From assembly GCA_963813155.1 (NCBI GenBank), contig CAWEYG010000005.1, forward strand, positions 192,001-256,000: DNA of 64,000 nucleotides, written 5' to 3'. Below the pieces are notes generated by a model. The model did no database searches. It was given only the letters and a program-made list of their open reading frames with translations, and was not told the DNA's origin. This stretch comes from an uncultured Acidobacteriota bacterium. Lineage in GTDB: Bacteria; Acidobacteriota; Thermoanaerobaculia; UBA5066; DATFVB01. Below are positions 43,493-54,639 of the stretch, one piece after another (the first letter of the stretch is position 1; the number at the start of each line of letters is the position of its first letter). The translations under genes and the position numbers were made by a program.

Positions 43493-43641
43493 GATTCCCC
43501 CTCCTGTGCGCGCCCCGGCGAATTCCGGCCTACGCCGGCTCGATTCCCTGGTTCCGCGGCAGATAAATGTCCGTTTATCTTATCCTCGCCGGGGGTCGGC
43601 CGGAAAGCGGGAAATCGCGAAGATGTTAGATTCCCGGCGGG

Positions 43642-45021
43642 ATGGCCCCGAAACCGCGAATTCCGGCCCACGATGGGAAGCGAAAGGCGCTCCACGCGGG
43701 GATGGGGCTGTTCGCGGTCGCGCTGCGCTTCCTCTCCTGGCCGGCCGCGGCCGTGCTTGCCGCTGCCGCGCTGGTCTTCAACGTCCTGGTCATGCCCCGG
43801 TTCGGGCGGGGGGTCTACCGGGACGCGGGCAAGCGGCACGATCCCGGGATCGTCGCCTACCCGGCCGTCGTGCTCGCCGTGGTCCTGCTCTTTCGGCACG
43901 ATCTGGAGGTCGCGGCGGCGATCTGGGGAATGATGGCGCTGGGCGACCCGCTGGCCTCCGTTGCCGGGAAGAAGATCGGCGGACCAGCCCTTCCGTGGAA
44001 CCCCGGGAAGACCTGGTCCGGCTCGATCGCCTACGCGGCGCTGGGTGGCCTGGCGGGCTCGCTTCTGTACGGGTTCGTCGGGCGCATTCCGTTCAGCGCC
44101 GCGTTTTCCGCCTTCGCCGTCTTTGCGGTGCTCGGAGCTTTCCTCGAGTCGATCGAGACGGGATTCGACGACAATCTGACGCCGGGCCTCGGCGTTGCGT
44201 TCGCCTACGGGACTTTTCACCTCGGGGTGTTCGTCTGCGGAGGGTTCTCCCTTTCCGGCGTCGCTCCCGTTTCTCTTCCCGTCGCTTTCGCCGTCAACAC
44301 GGCGATCGCCGGCCTCGCGACCGCCCTCCGGGTCGTTTCGCTCTCGGGGGGAATCGCGGGAGCGATCGCGGGTCTCGTCGTTCTTCGCTTCGGGGGATGG
44401 GGAGCCTACGCGGTCCTCTGGGCCTTCTTTCTCTTCGGGACCGTCGCCTCGAAGCTCGGATATTCGCGCAAGGAGCGACTCGGCACCGCCCAGGCGAACC
44501 GGGCTCGCCGCGGCGCGCGCCACGTGGCGGCGAACGTCGGAGTCGGGGCATGGCTCGCCTTCGCGGCGGGCTCTCGAGCGGCGGCGGCGCCGATCCTGGC
44601 TCTCGCGATTTCCGGGGCCTTTGCGGCGGCGCTTGCCGACACGTTCGGCACGGAGCTCGGGACGCTCTACGGGCGGGCCCCGTTCCTGATTTCGCGAGGA
44701 CGGTCCGTCGCGCCCGGCACCCGGGGGGCGGTCTCTCTGGCGGGGCTTCTCGGAGGTCTTCTCGGAGCGGCCCTCATCGGCACCGTCGGGGCGGCCGCCG
44801 GCCTCTACGCCGCCCGTCTCGTCTGGATCGTCGTCCTGGCGGGGATGCTCGGATCGGTCGGGGAGAGTCTCCTGATCGACCTCTCGGCCCGGAGCGGGAT
44901 TTCTGCCGACCACGAGTTCTGCAACGCGTTCAACACTCTCGTGGGGGCGGCAGCCGCGGTCGAGATCGCGGCTTCCCTCGCGCTCGGCCGCGCGTATCTT
45001 CCGTTTTCGGGGCTCGCGTGA
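43642..45021 (+). CDS. Prenol/dolichol-kinase-like domain fused to DUF92 (TMEM19)
   Basis: RKALH..GD..AS..G..PWNPGKT..GS..DDNL, then RGARHVAAN..DTFGTELG..GTRGAVS. Confidence 0.8.
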   Translation: MAPKPRIPAHDGKRKALHAGMGLFAVALRFLSWPAAAVLAAAALVFNVLVMPRFGRGVYRDAGKRHDPGIVAYPAVVLAVVLLFRHDLEVAAAIWGMMALGDPLASVAGKKIGGPALPWNPGKTWSGSIAYAALGGLAGSLLYGFVGRIPFSAAFSAFAVFAVLGAFLESIETGFDDNLTPGLGVAFAYGTFHLGVFVCGGFSLSGVAPVSLPVAFAVNTAIAGLATALRVVSLSGGIAGAIAGLVVLRFGGWGAYAVLWAFFLFGTVASKLGYSRKERLGTAQANRARRGARHVAANVGVGAWLAFAAGSRAAAAPILALAISGAFAAALADTFGTELGTLYGRAPFLISRGRSVAPGTRGAVSLAGLLGGLLGAALIGTVGAAAGLYAARLVWIVVLAGMLGSVGESLLIDLSARSGISADHEFCNAFNTLVGAAAAVEIAASLALGRAYLPFSGLA

Positions 45022-46010
45022 AGCGTTCCTCGCTGGCCGCCCATCTCGCCCTGTGGCGGCCGTTCACGCTGTTGCCGCCGCTTCTCGGGATCCTCTCCGG
45101 CGCGATCTGCGCGTACGGGTCCGCGCACAACCCGGACCCCGCCCGCCGCGTGACGGGGGCGGTGCTCTTCACCGTGATCCTCGGCTCGATCTGCGCCTCG
45201 GCGATGAACGCCGCTTCGAACATCGTCAACCAGATCGCCGATCTCGAGATCGACCGGAAGAACAAGCCGGGGCGCCCGCTCGTCACGGGCGAGGTCTCGA
45301 TCCGATCCGCCTGGAGGGTCGCCTGGGGGCTCTACGCTTTTTCGATTCTGCCCACCTGGTTCGTCGTGCCGTTTCCCCGGACGAGCTTCCAGGAGCGCCT
45401 CACGGCCCCGTTGATCGAGCACGCCTGCTTCTTCATCTACGCGATCGGCCTCCTCGCGACGTTCGTGTATTCCTTCCCGGCGCTCGGCCGCACCAAGCGC
45501 CACTGGTTCTGGGCGAATTTCACGATCGCGTCGACCCGGGGATGCCTCCTGAAGGTCGCGGGATGGTCCTTCCTCGCCCGGGTGAGCAGCTGGGAGCCGT
45601 GGGCGCTCGGGGGCGTGATGGGACTCTTCCTTCTCGGGGCGACTTCGACGAAAGATTTCTCCGACATCGAAGGAGACGCAATGCACGGGTGCCGGACGCT
45701 GCCGATTCGTTTTGGCGTTTCGGGCGCCGCGAAGATCATGGCCCCGTTTTTCGTCGTTCCGTGGCTGCTGCTTTCCGCCCTTGCTTTCGCGCCGGACCCG
45801 GCTCGCGCGGGATCCCCGCTCCTGACGGGCAACCATGCCTTTCTCCTGTCGTTCGGCATTGCGATGGCGGCCTGGGGGGCCTACACGGCGTCGCTGCTTC
45901 TCCGCGACCCCGACGCCCTGACCTCGACGGAGAATCACCCGGCCTGGCGGCACATGTACTTGATGCTCATGGCCGCTCAAACGGGTTTCGCCGCGGCATA
46001 TCTGGTGTAA
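45018..46010 (+). CDS. UbiA-family prenyltransferase
   Basis: NQIADLEIDRKNKPGRPL and KDFSDIEGD aspartate-rich motifs. Confidence 0.9.
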   Translation: MKRSSLAAHLALWRPFTLLPPLLGILSGAICAYGSAHNPDPARRVTGAVLFTVILGSICASAMNAASNIVNQIADLEIDRKNKPGRPLVTGEVSIRSAWRVAWGLYAFSILPTWFVVPFPRTSFQERLTAPLIEHACFFIYAIGLLATFVYSFPALGRTKRHWFWANFTIASTRGCLLKVAGWSFLARVSSWEPWALGGVMGLFLLGATSTKDFSDIEGDAMHGCRTLPIRFGVSGAAKIMAPFFVVPWLLLSALAFAPDPARAGSPLLTGNHAFLLSFGIAMAAWGAYTASLLLRDPDALTSTENHPAWRHMYLMLMAAQTGFAAAYLV

Positions 46011-46019
46011 AATTTTTGC

Positions 46020-46388
46020 ATGAGCTGGGAACGGGGGGTCCACTTCGCAGGTCCGATCGCCCTCCTGCTCATCAGCCTGCGGCCCCTCCTTCGCCGCCGC
46101 GGCCACCACACGATCGACCGGAGGACAGCGTGGCTCTGCCTCCTGGGCGGATTCGTGTGGCCCCTCTCGGTCGTGCTTCGCCTGGCCTCCGGCTTTCCGA
46201 CGGACCGCGTGTTCGAGTTGCTCGACTCCGCTTCGATTTTCTTCGGCGGGATCCTGTTCGCCTACGGATTCTGGGCCCTGCGGCGCGTTCGCTTCTCGCT
46301 TCACTCGGAGGGCGACGACTGGTCGTTGAAGTACCGGAAGTCGGAGCGCCGCGTGAAGAACCGCTCGAACTCCGAGCGGCCCTCCTAA
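46020..46388 (+). CDS. Hypothetical membrane protein
   Basis: Three hydrophobic segments; TAAAAT 6 nt upstream. Confidence 0.55.
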   Translation: MSWERGVHFAGPIALLLISLRPLLRRRGHHTIDRRTAWLCLLGGFVWPLSVVLRLASGFPTDRVFELLDSASIFFGGILFAYGFWALRRVRFSLHSEGDDWSLKYRKSERRVKNRSNSERPS

Positions 46389-46394
46389 ACTCGA

Positions 46395-46985
46395 CTAGCG
46401 GTCTTTCCCCTCGGCGACGATGCGCACGTTGCCGTCTTCGCTTCGGATCGAGACGATTTCTCCCGGGCCGAGAGAATCGATGCGGCGGAGGATTTCCTTC
46501 GGCGAGATCGGCTTCTCCTGCGCGAGCCCCGCGAGGAGGGGTTTCGGCAGGACGATTTCCGCTTCGCGGCGACCGCCGTCGTGGATGACGTGGACCCGCA
46601 CCTCGGTTCCGTCCTGAAACACGTCGAGAGCCTCGTCGTCTCCGTGAATCGCGATTCGCGAGGGATGCTCGGGCGTCCCCTTCTCCGCCGCTTCCAGAAT
46701 GTCCCTCGGCGTGATCCGCCGTTCGTCTCCGCCGGCGGAAAACGTCCAGTCCCGCCAATCGTCGTTGTCCCACGAGTGCGAGACGAGCTGCGAGACCTTT
46801 CCCACGAGAAAGCCGGGGAGGCGGACGGAGATGTGCTTGTCGCGGCCGTTTTCGTGTCCGTTGATCTCGACCCGGAACGAGCGGACGCGCGTCATGCCCG
46901 GAGCCGGCCGCCGGAAGAAGCCCCACCCGAGCGCGATCAGCACGACCACGACGAGGCCCAGGACGATCGCTCGAAGCTCTTTCAT
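46395..46985 (-). CDS. Hypothetical membrane-anchored protein
   Basis: N-terminal TM; internal repeat (ITPRDIL / ISPKEIL). Confidence 0.65.
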   Translation of the reverse strand: MKELRAIVLGLVVVVLIALGWGFFRRPAPGMTRVRSFRVEINGHENGRDKHISVRLPGFLVGKVSQLVSHSWDNDDWRDWTFSAGGDERRITPRDILEAAEKGTPEHPSRIAIHGDDEALDVFQDGTEVRVHVIHDGGRREAEIVLPKPLLAGLAQEKPISPKEILRRIDSLGPGEIVSIRSEDGNVRIVAEGKDR

Positions 46986-47061
46986 CTCACTCGATCCTAC
47001 GGCCGCCGGCTGGAAAAGTTCCCCGCGGGCGACTATGATACGCTGATTTTTTGGGAGCGTG

Positions 47062-47511
47062 ATGCCTCATTTCATTCAAGATACGTGCATTGGTTGCGGG
47101 GTTTGCGAGGTCAAATGCCCGACCCACACGATCACGGGCGACAAGAAGGAAAAGTACGTCATTCACGCCGATCGCTGCATCGATTGCTCGGTCTGCGCGC
47201 GGTATTGTCCGGTCTCCTGCATCGAAAACAATGCCGGCCAGCTCGTCGAGAAGGTCAAGCCCAAGGACATCCCGAAGGCGATCGTCGACCGCGATCTGTG
47301 CACGGGCTGCGAGTTCTGCATCGACATCTGCCCGTTCGACTGCATCTACCTGATCGAGGACCCGCTCCACGAGACGATGGTTCACAAGATCGCGGAAGTC
47401 GAGGCCGGGCCCTGCGTCTCCTGCCGCCTGTGTGAAACGGTCTGCGACAAGGACGCGATTTTCGTCCCCAACCCCATCACCCAGGCCAAGCGCTTCCTCC
47501 CGGTGCTCTGA
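47062..47511 (+). CDS. Polyferredoxin with four [4Fe-4S] motifs
   Basis: Four CxxCxxCxxxC motifs. Confidence 0.92.
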   Translation: MPHFIQDTCIGCGVCEVKCPTHTITGDKKEKYVIHADRCIDCSVCARYCPVSCIENNAGQLVEKVKPKDIPKAIVDRDLCTGCEFCIDICPFDCIYLIEDPLHETMVHKIAEVEAGPCVSCRLCETVCDKDAIFVPNPITQAKRFLPVL

Positions 47512-47512
47512 C

Positions 47513-48379
47513 GTGGACGAAGAACCCGCTCCCCCCGAGCCGCGCGGCGGCCGACTCGTCCTGCAGTTCTTTCTCGTTCCCCTCCTCGTCGTCGCCGTGT
47601 GCGTCGGGATCTTCTTTCTGTTCTCGCTCCTCACGTTCGAGCGCAAGTCGCCGGCCGACTACCTCGCCGACGTGAAGGGCGGGGCCGCGAACCAGCGGTG
47701 GCAATCGGCCTTCGAGCTCTCGCGCGCGGTCGCGAGGATTCCTCCCGGTCCCGAACGCCAGAAACTCGCGGCCGGCACGCTCGAGGTCTTCCTCCACCTG
47801 AGGAGCGACCGGGCCGACGACCGCGACGTCAAGCGTTACCTGGCGCTCGTTCTCGGCCGCCTGCAGGATCGCTCGGCAATCCCGGCGCTCGAGGAAAGCG
47901 CGCGCGATTCCGACCCGATGATTCGGCTCTACTCGGTCTGGGCCCTGGGGATGATGGGAGACGCGGGCGCGGTGCCGACGGTGATCGCGGAGTCCTCCGC
48001 CGAGGACCCCGGAGCGCGCAAGATGGCCGCTTACGTCCTCGGAAAGATCGGCGATCGACGCGCCATTCCCCGGCTGACGGCGATGACGGCGGATCACGTC
48101 GCCGACGTGCGGTGGAACGCCGCGATCGCGCTCGCCGAGCTCCACGACGGCGGCGGAAAGGAAGTGCTCCGGTCGATGCTCGACCGCCGCGCTCTCGCGC
48201 GGCAGGCCGAGAACCTGCGGCCCTCGCAGTTCGAGGAGGCGATGATCAACGCCGCGAAGGCCGAGGCGGTGCTCGGCGACGAACAGGCGCGGCCGATTCT
48301 CGAAGAGCTCGCCCGGAGCGACGAGAGCCTGAGGGTTCGGGACGCGGCGCAGCGTGCGGCCGAAGCGCTGAAGCGGTAG
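47513..48379 (+). CDS. Membrane-anchored HEAT-repeat protein
   Basis: N-terminal TM; repeated ALG/VRWNAAIALA units. Confidence 0.85.
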   Translation: MDEEPAPPEPRGGRLVLQFFLVPLLVVAVCVGIFFLFSLLTFERKSPADYLADVKGGAANQRWQSAFELSRAVARIPPGPERQKLAAGTLEVFLHLRSDRADDRDVKRYLALVLGRLQDRSAIPALEESARDSDPMIRLYSVWALGMMGDAGAVPTVIAESSAEDPGARKMAAYVLGKIGDRRAIPRLTAMTADHVADVRWNAAIALAELHDGGGKEVLRSMLDRRALARQAENLRPSQFEEAMINAAKAEAVLGDEQARPILEELARSDESLRVRDAAQRAAEALKR

Positions 48380-48448
48380 GGAGATACGGTCTTGAGCGTG
48401 CGACGAGGGTTTTGATATGGTGAATTCCCTAGCGATGGAAATACTCTG

Positions 48449-49000
48449 ATGTCGGCCCGCGAACCGAAAATCGTTTCGAGCGCGCGCCCTTCCGCGGCGT
48501 CCGACCCGGAAGCCATGACCCGGCGCGACGCCGTCAAGTGGCTGACGCTGGCCTGGGTCGGGTTCGCCGCGGCGGTCGGAGCCGCGTTGACGGCCACGGC
48601 CCGCTTCATGTTTCCCAACGTCCTGTTCGAGCCGCCGACCCTCTTCAAGGCCGGCCTTCCGTCCGACTACGGCCTCGGAGTCGACGAGCGGTGGAAGGAG
48701 CGTTACGGCGTCTGGGTCGTCCGGAACACGACGGAAATCTACTCGCTCATTTCGGTCTGCGTGCACCTGGGCTGCACGCCGAACTGGCTCGCGGCGCAGA
48801 ACAAGTTCAAATGCCCGTGCCACGGTTCCGGCTACTACATCTCCGGAATCAATTTCGAGGGGCCGGCGCCCCGCGCGCTCGAGCGGGCGGCGATCTCGGT
48901 TTCCCCCGACGACGGCCAGCTGATCGTCGACAAGGGCACGAAGTTCCTGTTCGAGCAGGGCCAGTGGACCGACCCCAAGGCTTTCGTGAAAGTCGGATAA
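48449..49000 (+). CDS. qcrA: Rieske iron-sulfur subunit of a Rieske/cytochrome b complex
   Basis: Tat motif TRRDAVK, TM, CVHLGC, CPCHGSGY, GPAPR. Confidence 0.93.
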   Translation: MSAREPKIVSSARPSAASDPEAMTRRDAVKWLTLAWVGFAAAVGAALTATARFMFPNVLFEPPTLFKAGLPSDYGLGVDERWKERYGVWVVRNTTEIYSLISVCVHLGCTPNWLAAQNKFKCPCHGSGYYISGINFEGPAPRALERAAISVSPDDGQLIVDKGTKFLFEQGQWTDPKAFVKVG

Positions 49001-49067
49001 GATCGCTCGCGATTTTCCTGAGGATGCCGGTGAATCAACTGCTGCGTGACGAGTGCGAGGTTCGGGC

Positions 49068-49857
49068 ATGATCGACAGGCTCCGCGACATTCAGAAGTCG
49101 GTCGTCGACAGCCAGATCTGGAAATCGATCTTCCGGGTCGGCGTGCCCAACACGAACCGCAAGCGCGTTCTCGCGATGCTCGGCAACGTCGTCCTCCACC
49201 TGCATCCGGTCAAGACGCGCAAGTCGGGCGTGAAGATGCGCTACACCTGGTGCGCCGGGGGAGTGACGTTCTTCCTCTTCCTCGTGCTGACGTTCACGGG
49301 CCTGCTCCTGATGTTCTACTACCGGCCGACCGTCGAATACGCCTACGTCGACGCTCTCGACCTGAGGGAACAGGTGCCGTTCGGAATCATGCGCGAGATC
49401 CACCGATGGGGCGCGCACGCGATGGTGATCGCGGTCTGGATTCACATGTTCCGCGTCTTCATGACCGGCTCCTACAAGCCGCCGCGCGAGTTCAACTGGG
49501 TCGTCGGCGTGATCCTGCTCGTGCTGACCCTGCTCCTGTCCTTCACCGGCTACCTGCTGCCGTGGGACCAGCTCGCGATCTGGGCGATCACGGTCGGCTC
49601 CAACATGGCGGGCGCCACGCCCCTCGTCGGCACGCAGGGCCCGGGCACGGCGCTGCTCAAGATCGGCGACATCTCGCTCGTGACGTCGACCGACGACGCG
49701 CGATTCGCGCTGCTCGGCGGGCGGTTCGTGGGCGCCGGAGCCCTGCTGCGCTTCTACGTTCTCCATTGCGTCGGCATCCCGCTCGTCGCGGCGTTTCTCG
49801 ATGGCGGTTCATTTCTGGCGCGTCCGGAAGGACGGCGGAATCAGCGGACCGGTCTGA
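49068..49857 (+). CDS. qcrB: Cytochrome b6-like N-terminal subunit (frameshift near 49800)
   Basis: WCAGG (heme ci Cys), [34 protein letters not shown]. Confidence 0.92.
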
Positions 49858-49870
49858 GCGGCGGACAGCA

Positions 49871-50959
49871 ATGATCGTCGTTCAGTTTCTCGAATCCGTC
49901 GTCAATTTTCTGTGCAAGCCGCAGATCTTCGTGCCCGCTCATGGGCATCGCGCTCTTCACCGCGCTCTACACGAAGTGGCTGTGGACTCCCCGGGGCGGG
50001 TTCACGCTGATCCTGGCGGTCAGCCTGTTTTTCCTCGTTTCGTATTTCGACCCGAATTTCAAGAAGGTCGCCTCCGCGCCCGACAACGTTCCGATCGTCG
50101 GGATGATCTTCATCATCCTGTTCTACCTCTGGTACGCCATGCACCAGGCGAAGAACAACGACGAGCGCATCGCGCAGGGCCTCGGGCCCAACGAGGGACG
50201 AGGATTCCTACCAGAAAGTCTTCTCGTGGCCCGACCTCGTGTACATCGAGCTGATCTGCCTCGTCCTGGTCTCCGCGCTGCTCATCGTGTGGTCGATCTT
50301 CCTGAAGGCCCCGCTGGAAGAGCCCGCGAACCCGACGAACTCACCGAATCCCGGCGAAGGCCCCCTGGTACTTCCTCGGGCTGCAGGAAATGCTCGTGTA
50401 CTTCGATCCGTGGCTCGCCGGCGTCGTGCTGCCGGGCCTGATCATCGTCGGACTGATGGCGATCCCGTACATCGACGTCAACCCGAAGGGCAACGGCTAC
50501 TACACGTTCAAAGAGCGGAAGTGGGAGATCTCGATCTTCCTGCTCGGGTTCCTGATCTTCTGGATCGTCCTGATCTTTCTCGGCACGTTCCTCCGCGGCC
50601 CGAACTGGAATTTCTTCGGCCCGTACGAGCTCTGGGACCCGAACAAGCTGGAGCCGCTGAACAACATCAACATTTCCGAAATCGTCTGGGTCAAGATGCT
50701 GCACAAGGGGCTGCCGACGTTCTGGCTGCTTCGCGAGGTCGTCGGCCTCGGCTTCATCCTGGTCTATCTCGGAATTCTTCCGGTCGTCCTGTCGAGGACC
50801 CTCTTCCGCAGGTTCTACGAGAAAATGGGGCCCGTCCGGTATTACGTCGGCTGCCTGCTGCTGCTCGTGATGTTCCTGATGCCGATCAAGATGTTCCTGC
50901 GGTGGACGCTGAACCTGAAGTACATCGTCGCGATTCCGGAAGTCTCCTTCAACATCTGA
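49871..50959 (+). CDS. Cytochrome b subunit IV-like protein (several frameshifts)
   Basis: Reconstructed [47 protein letters not shown]. Confidence 0.8.
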
Positions 50960-50969
50960 GGAACGCGAA

Positions 50970-53900
50970 ATGCCGAGGAGACCGCCCGCCGAGCCCATCG
51001 ACCACCACTACAACATCGCCCGGCTGACGCGCGTTTTCGCGCTGTCCGGCCTGATCGTCCTCGTCTGTTCGGTCGCGATGATCTGGACGGACTATCGCGA
51101 GCGGCTGGAGCTTCACGAAGAGCTGGAAGGGCTACCAGCTGCAATTCCTCGAAGTCGATCGCCAGAAGACGAAGCCAGGACCTGGCCGCCGCCCGCGAGA
51201 AGGTCTCTCGCGAGGACTACGACGCGGCCGAGACGCAGCTGCACGCGGCGCAGGCCGAGCAGGCGGAGAGCCGCAAGGCGGCCGCCCGGCTGAATCAGCA
51301 GATCAAGGATACCGACGCCGTCCGGTACCGGGACGACCAGAACTATCGGTTCGAGAAGGCGGTCGTCGACACGGCGCGGTACGAGCTGGAAGTGGCGGAG
51401 GATTCCGGGAACGATGCCGCGATCCGGAAGCGGCGCAAGGAGTTCGACGATCTCGCAGCCGATCTGCAGAAGAAACAGCTCCAGCTCCAGGCGACGACCG
51501 CGAAGCTGAACGACCTCAAGTCGCAGGCCGACGCGCTGACCGAGAAGGGGACCGACGCGGACAAGAAGATCAAGGCCCTGACGGCGAACTTCACGCTCGC
51601 GGCCAGGAAGCTCGGGTCGCTCAAGGAAGACGCGATCTTCAAGAGCCGGAATGCCCCGATCCTCGACATGGTCAACCCGTCGATCAAGGTCCAGCAGGTG
51701 ATCCTGCCGGACCTGTTCAACGACGTGAACTTCATGAAGATCCCGCGGGTCGACCGCTGCATGTCGTGCCACATGGGCGCCGACAAGAGGGGCTACACGC
51801 CCGAGGCCGTCGCGAAGATCCCGGAAGTCTTCCAGAGCCATACGAACCTTTCGCTCATTCTCGGAAGCGAGTCGCCGCACACGCTCGCCGATTTCGGGTG
51901 CACGTCCTGCCACGGCGGACACGACCGCTCGACGTCCTTCTTCCACTCGGCTCATCAGCCTTCGAGCAAGGCCGAGGAGGCGAAGTGGGAGAAGAAATAC
52001 GGCTGGGAGCTCGACGAGTTCGTCGAGATGCCGATCTACCCGATCCGATACGCGCAGGCCGGCTGCTACCGCTGCCATTCCCGGGAAGTGAACTTTCCGA
52101 CGGCGCCGCGGCTCGACGCGGGCCTGCGCATCATCGAATCTCTCGGCTGCTGGGGATGCCACCGGATCAAGGGCTTCGAGGATCAGCACCTTCCGAAAGT
52201 CGGCCCGTCGCTCGCCAAGATCGCCGGGAAGGTCAGCCCGGACTGGGCGGTTCGCTGGATTTCGAATCCAACGGCGTTCCGCTCGAGCACGAAGATGCCC
52301 AGGTTTTTCTACCTCGACAATTTCGTTCACAACGAAGGGATCGACCCGAAGACGGGCCGATACCGCTCACCCAATCGGATGCAGCAGAGCCAGAATGAGG
52401 AAGGGCGCCGCATCAACGACACGATGGTGCGCGCGATCGCCGCGTACCTGTTCGACAAGTCCCAGAAACCCGCGGCTCCCGTCGCGGCAAGAACGGGCGA
52501 CGCCGTCCACGGCAAGTGGCTGTTCGAAAACCGTGGGTGCATGGGGTGCCACGTGCTCGAGCCCGGCGCGAAGCGCGACCTGATCGGGACGTATCGGCAG
52601 TTCGGGCCCAATCTCGCGGGCGTCGGTTCCAAGGACAGCCGGGACTGGATCTTCGCCTGGATCAAGGACCCGAAAGCGTGGAATCCCGAGACGAAGATGC
52701 CGAATCTTCGGTTGTCCGACGAAGACGCGGCGGACGTCTCGGAATACCTGTCGCGGCAGAAAGCGCCCGCCGGGTTCGACGCCGAAGGGATTCCCGAGCC
52801 CGACAAGGCGTCACTCGACAAGATCTCCATGTATTTCGAGACGACGACGAGATCGATCGTCGACGCGAGGGCGGACCTCGCGAAAATGTCGCAGCCGCAG
52901 GAGCTGTCGTACGCGGGCGAGAAGCTGATCGCCCACTACGGATGTTTCGCCTGCCACGACATCCCGGGCTTCGAAGACGCGAAGCCGATCGGCACGGAGC
53001 TCTCGGAGTGGGGAAACAAGGCGCCCCACCGGCTGGATTTCGGGTTCATCGACATCGACCACACGCGGCAGGACTTCATCCGCACGAAGCTCGGCAACAC
53101 GCGCATCTACGACCAGGACAGGGTCCGCGGGTGGGAAGAGAAGCTGAAGATGCCGCTGTTCTCCTTCTCCGAGCCGGAAAAAGACGCCGTGATCACGGCG
53201 GTGCTCGGCTTCCAGAAGGACGACATGGCGGACTCGAAGAAGAAGCGCCTCTCGGCCGAGGAAGTTTCGATCGAGCGCGGCCGGCGCATCATCAAAGACC
53301 ACAACTGCCAGGGCTGCCATGTCCTGGAAGGCCGGGGAGGCTCGATCCGCGACACGATGCCCGACGTGTCGCTCGCGCCGCCGATCATCAAGGGTGAGGG
53401 CGCGAAGGTCCAGAGCGACTGGCTCTTCGCGTTCCTGAGCTCGCCGAAGACGGGGCAGATCCGCCCCTGGCTGCAGGTCCACATGCCGACGTTCGGCTTC
53501 ACCGACGGGCAGCTGAACGACCTGACGCGCTATTTCGCGTCGCTGTCGAAGGCGTCGTACCCGTTCCTCCTGGCCGACAGCCAGCCCGATCCGAAGTCGC
53601 TCGCCTCGGGCAGGAAAGTCTTCGAGATGTACCGCTGCTTTCAGTGCCATCCGAAGAGCCAGCAGGAAATGGATAAGGTCGAAGACAAGTCGTCTCTCGC
53701 GCCGAACCTGCAGATGGCCCATGGCCGGCTGCGCCACGACTGGATCAACGACTGGATTTCGCGCCCCGATGACTGGCTGCCGGGAACCCGGATGCCGACG
53801 AACTTCCCGAAAGACGACACGACCGGAAATCGTTACGTCACGCTCGCGCTCGGCTGGGACTCGCCCCAGATCGCGAAGGACCGGGCGGAGCTCGAGCGAA

Positions 53901-54061
53901 TCTGGGGAAGCCCGAAGGCAGCCGCGGACTTCATCCACGACGTCGATCGCGTGACGCGCTCCCTGCGCGACTACGTCTGGTCGATCGGGGAAGGTTCGCC
54001 GGCGCAGGCCGAGAACGCCCCGAAACCGGCGAAGGCGCGCCGGCTCTCGGCCTCTCGTTGA
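50970..54061 (+). CDS. Membrane-anchored octaheme cytochrome c (frameshifts near 51100-51180)
   Basis: N-terminal TM, coiled coil, 8 CxxCH motifs: CMSCH, CTSCH, CYRCH, CWGCH, CMGCH, CFACH, CQGCH, CFQCH. Confidence 0.9.
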
Positions 54062-54639
54062 TTCTCTCCGCCCTCCTTTCCGCGCTGCTCCTGGCGGCCG
54101 CGGGGGGTCCGGTGGCGACCGGAACCGTCGTGGGCCGCTCCCCGGCAGCGTCCGTCGTGTTTCTGGCCGTCCCGGTGTCCGAAGTCCAAGTCCCGCCGCC
54201 GGCGCCGGGCCCCACGGTCCGGCTCGCCGTTCAGAACGGACGCGTCGCGCCGAAGATCTCCGCTGCGGGGATCGGCTCCTCGCTCCAGATCACGCTCCTC
54301 GACGCGGTGTTCGCCGATCTGTCCGTGTATTTCGGGCTCTCCGATCTCGCGTTCCGCCACAAATTCGTCACGCCGGGCGACGTCTCGAAAACGAAGCTCT
54401 CCCGCCCGGGTTTGATGACGATCGAAAACGAGAACGCGCCGACGGAGCGCGCCTACGTCTACGTGACGCCGACCCCGCATTTCGCGGTCGTCGGCAGCGA
54501 CGGCCGCTACCGGCTCGACGGCGTTCCGACAGGAAAGCGCCGCGTGACGGCCTGGGACGAGGCGAAAGGCACGCAGGACCGCGACGTCGTGGTGCCGGCG
54601 GGCGGGGCGGTCAACGTGGATTTCGAGTTCAGAAAATAG
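54058..54639 (+). CDS. Secreted protein with carboxypeptidase-regulatory-like beta domain
   Basis: TTGA overlap; signal peptide; PHFAVVGSDGRYRLDGVPTG..TAW. Confidence 0.7.
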   Translation: MILSALLSALLLAAAGGPVATGTVVGRSPAASVVFLAVPVSEVQVPPPAPGPTVRLAVQNGRVAPKISAAGIGSSLQITLLDAVFADLSVYFGLSDLAFRHKFVTPGDVSKTKLSRPGLMTIENENAPTERAYVYVTPTPHFAVVGSDGRYRLDGVPTGKRRVTAWDEAKGTQDRDVVVPAGGAVNVDFEFRK

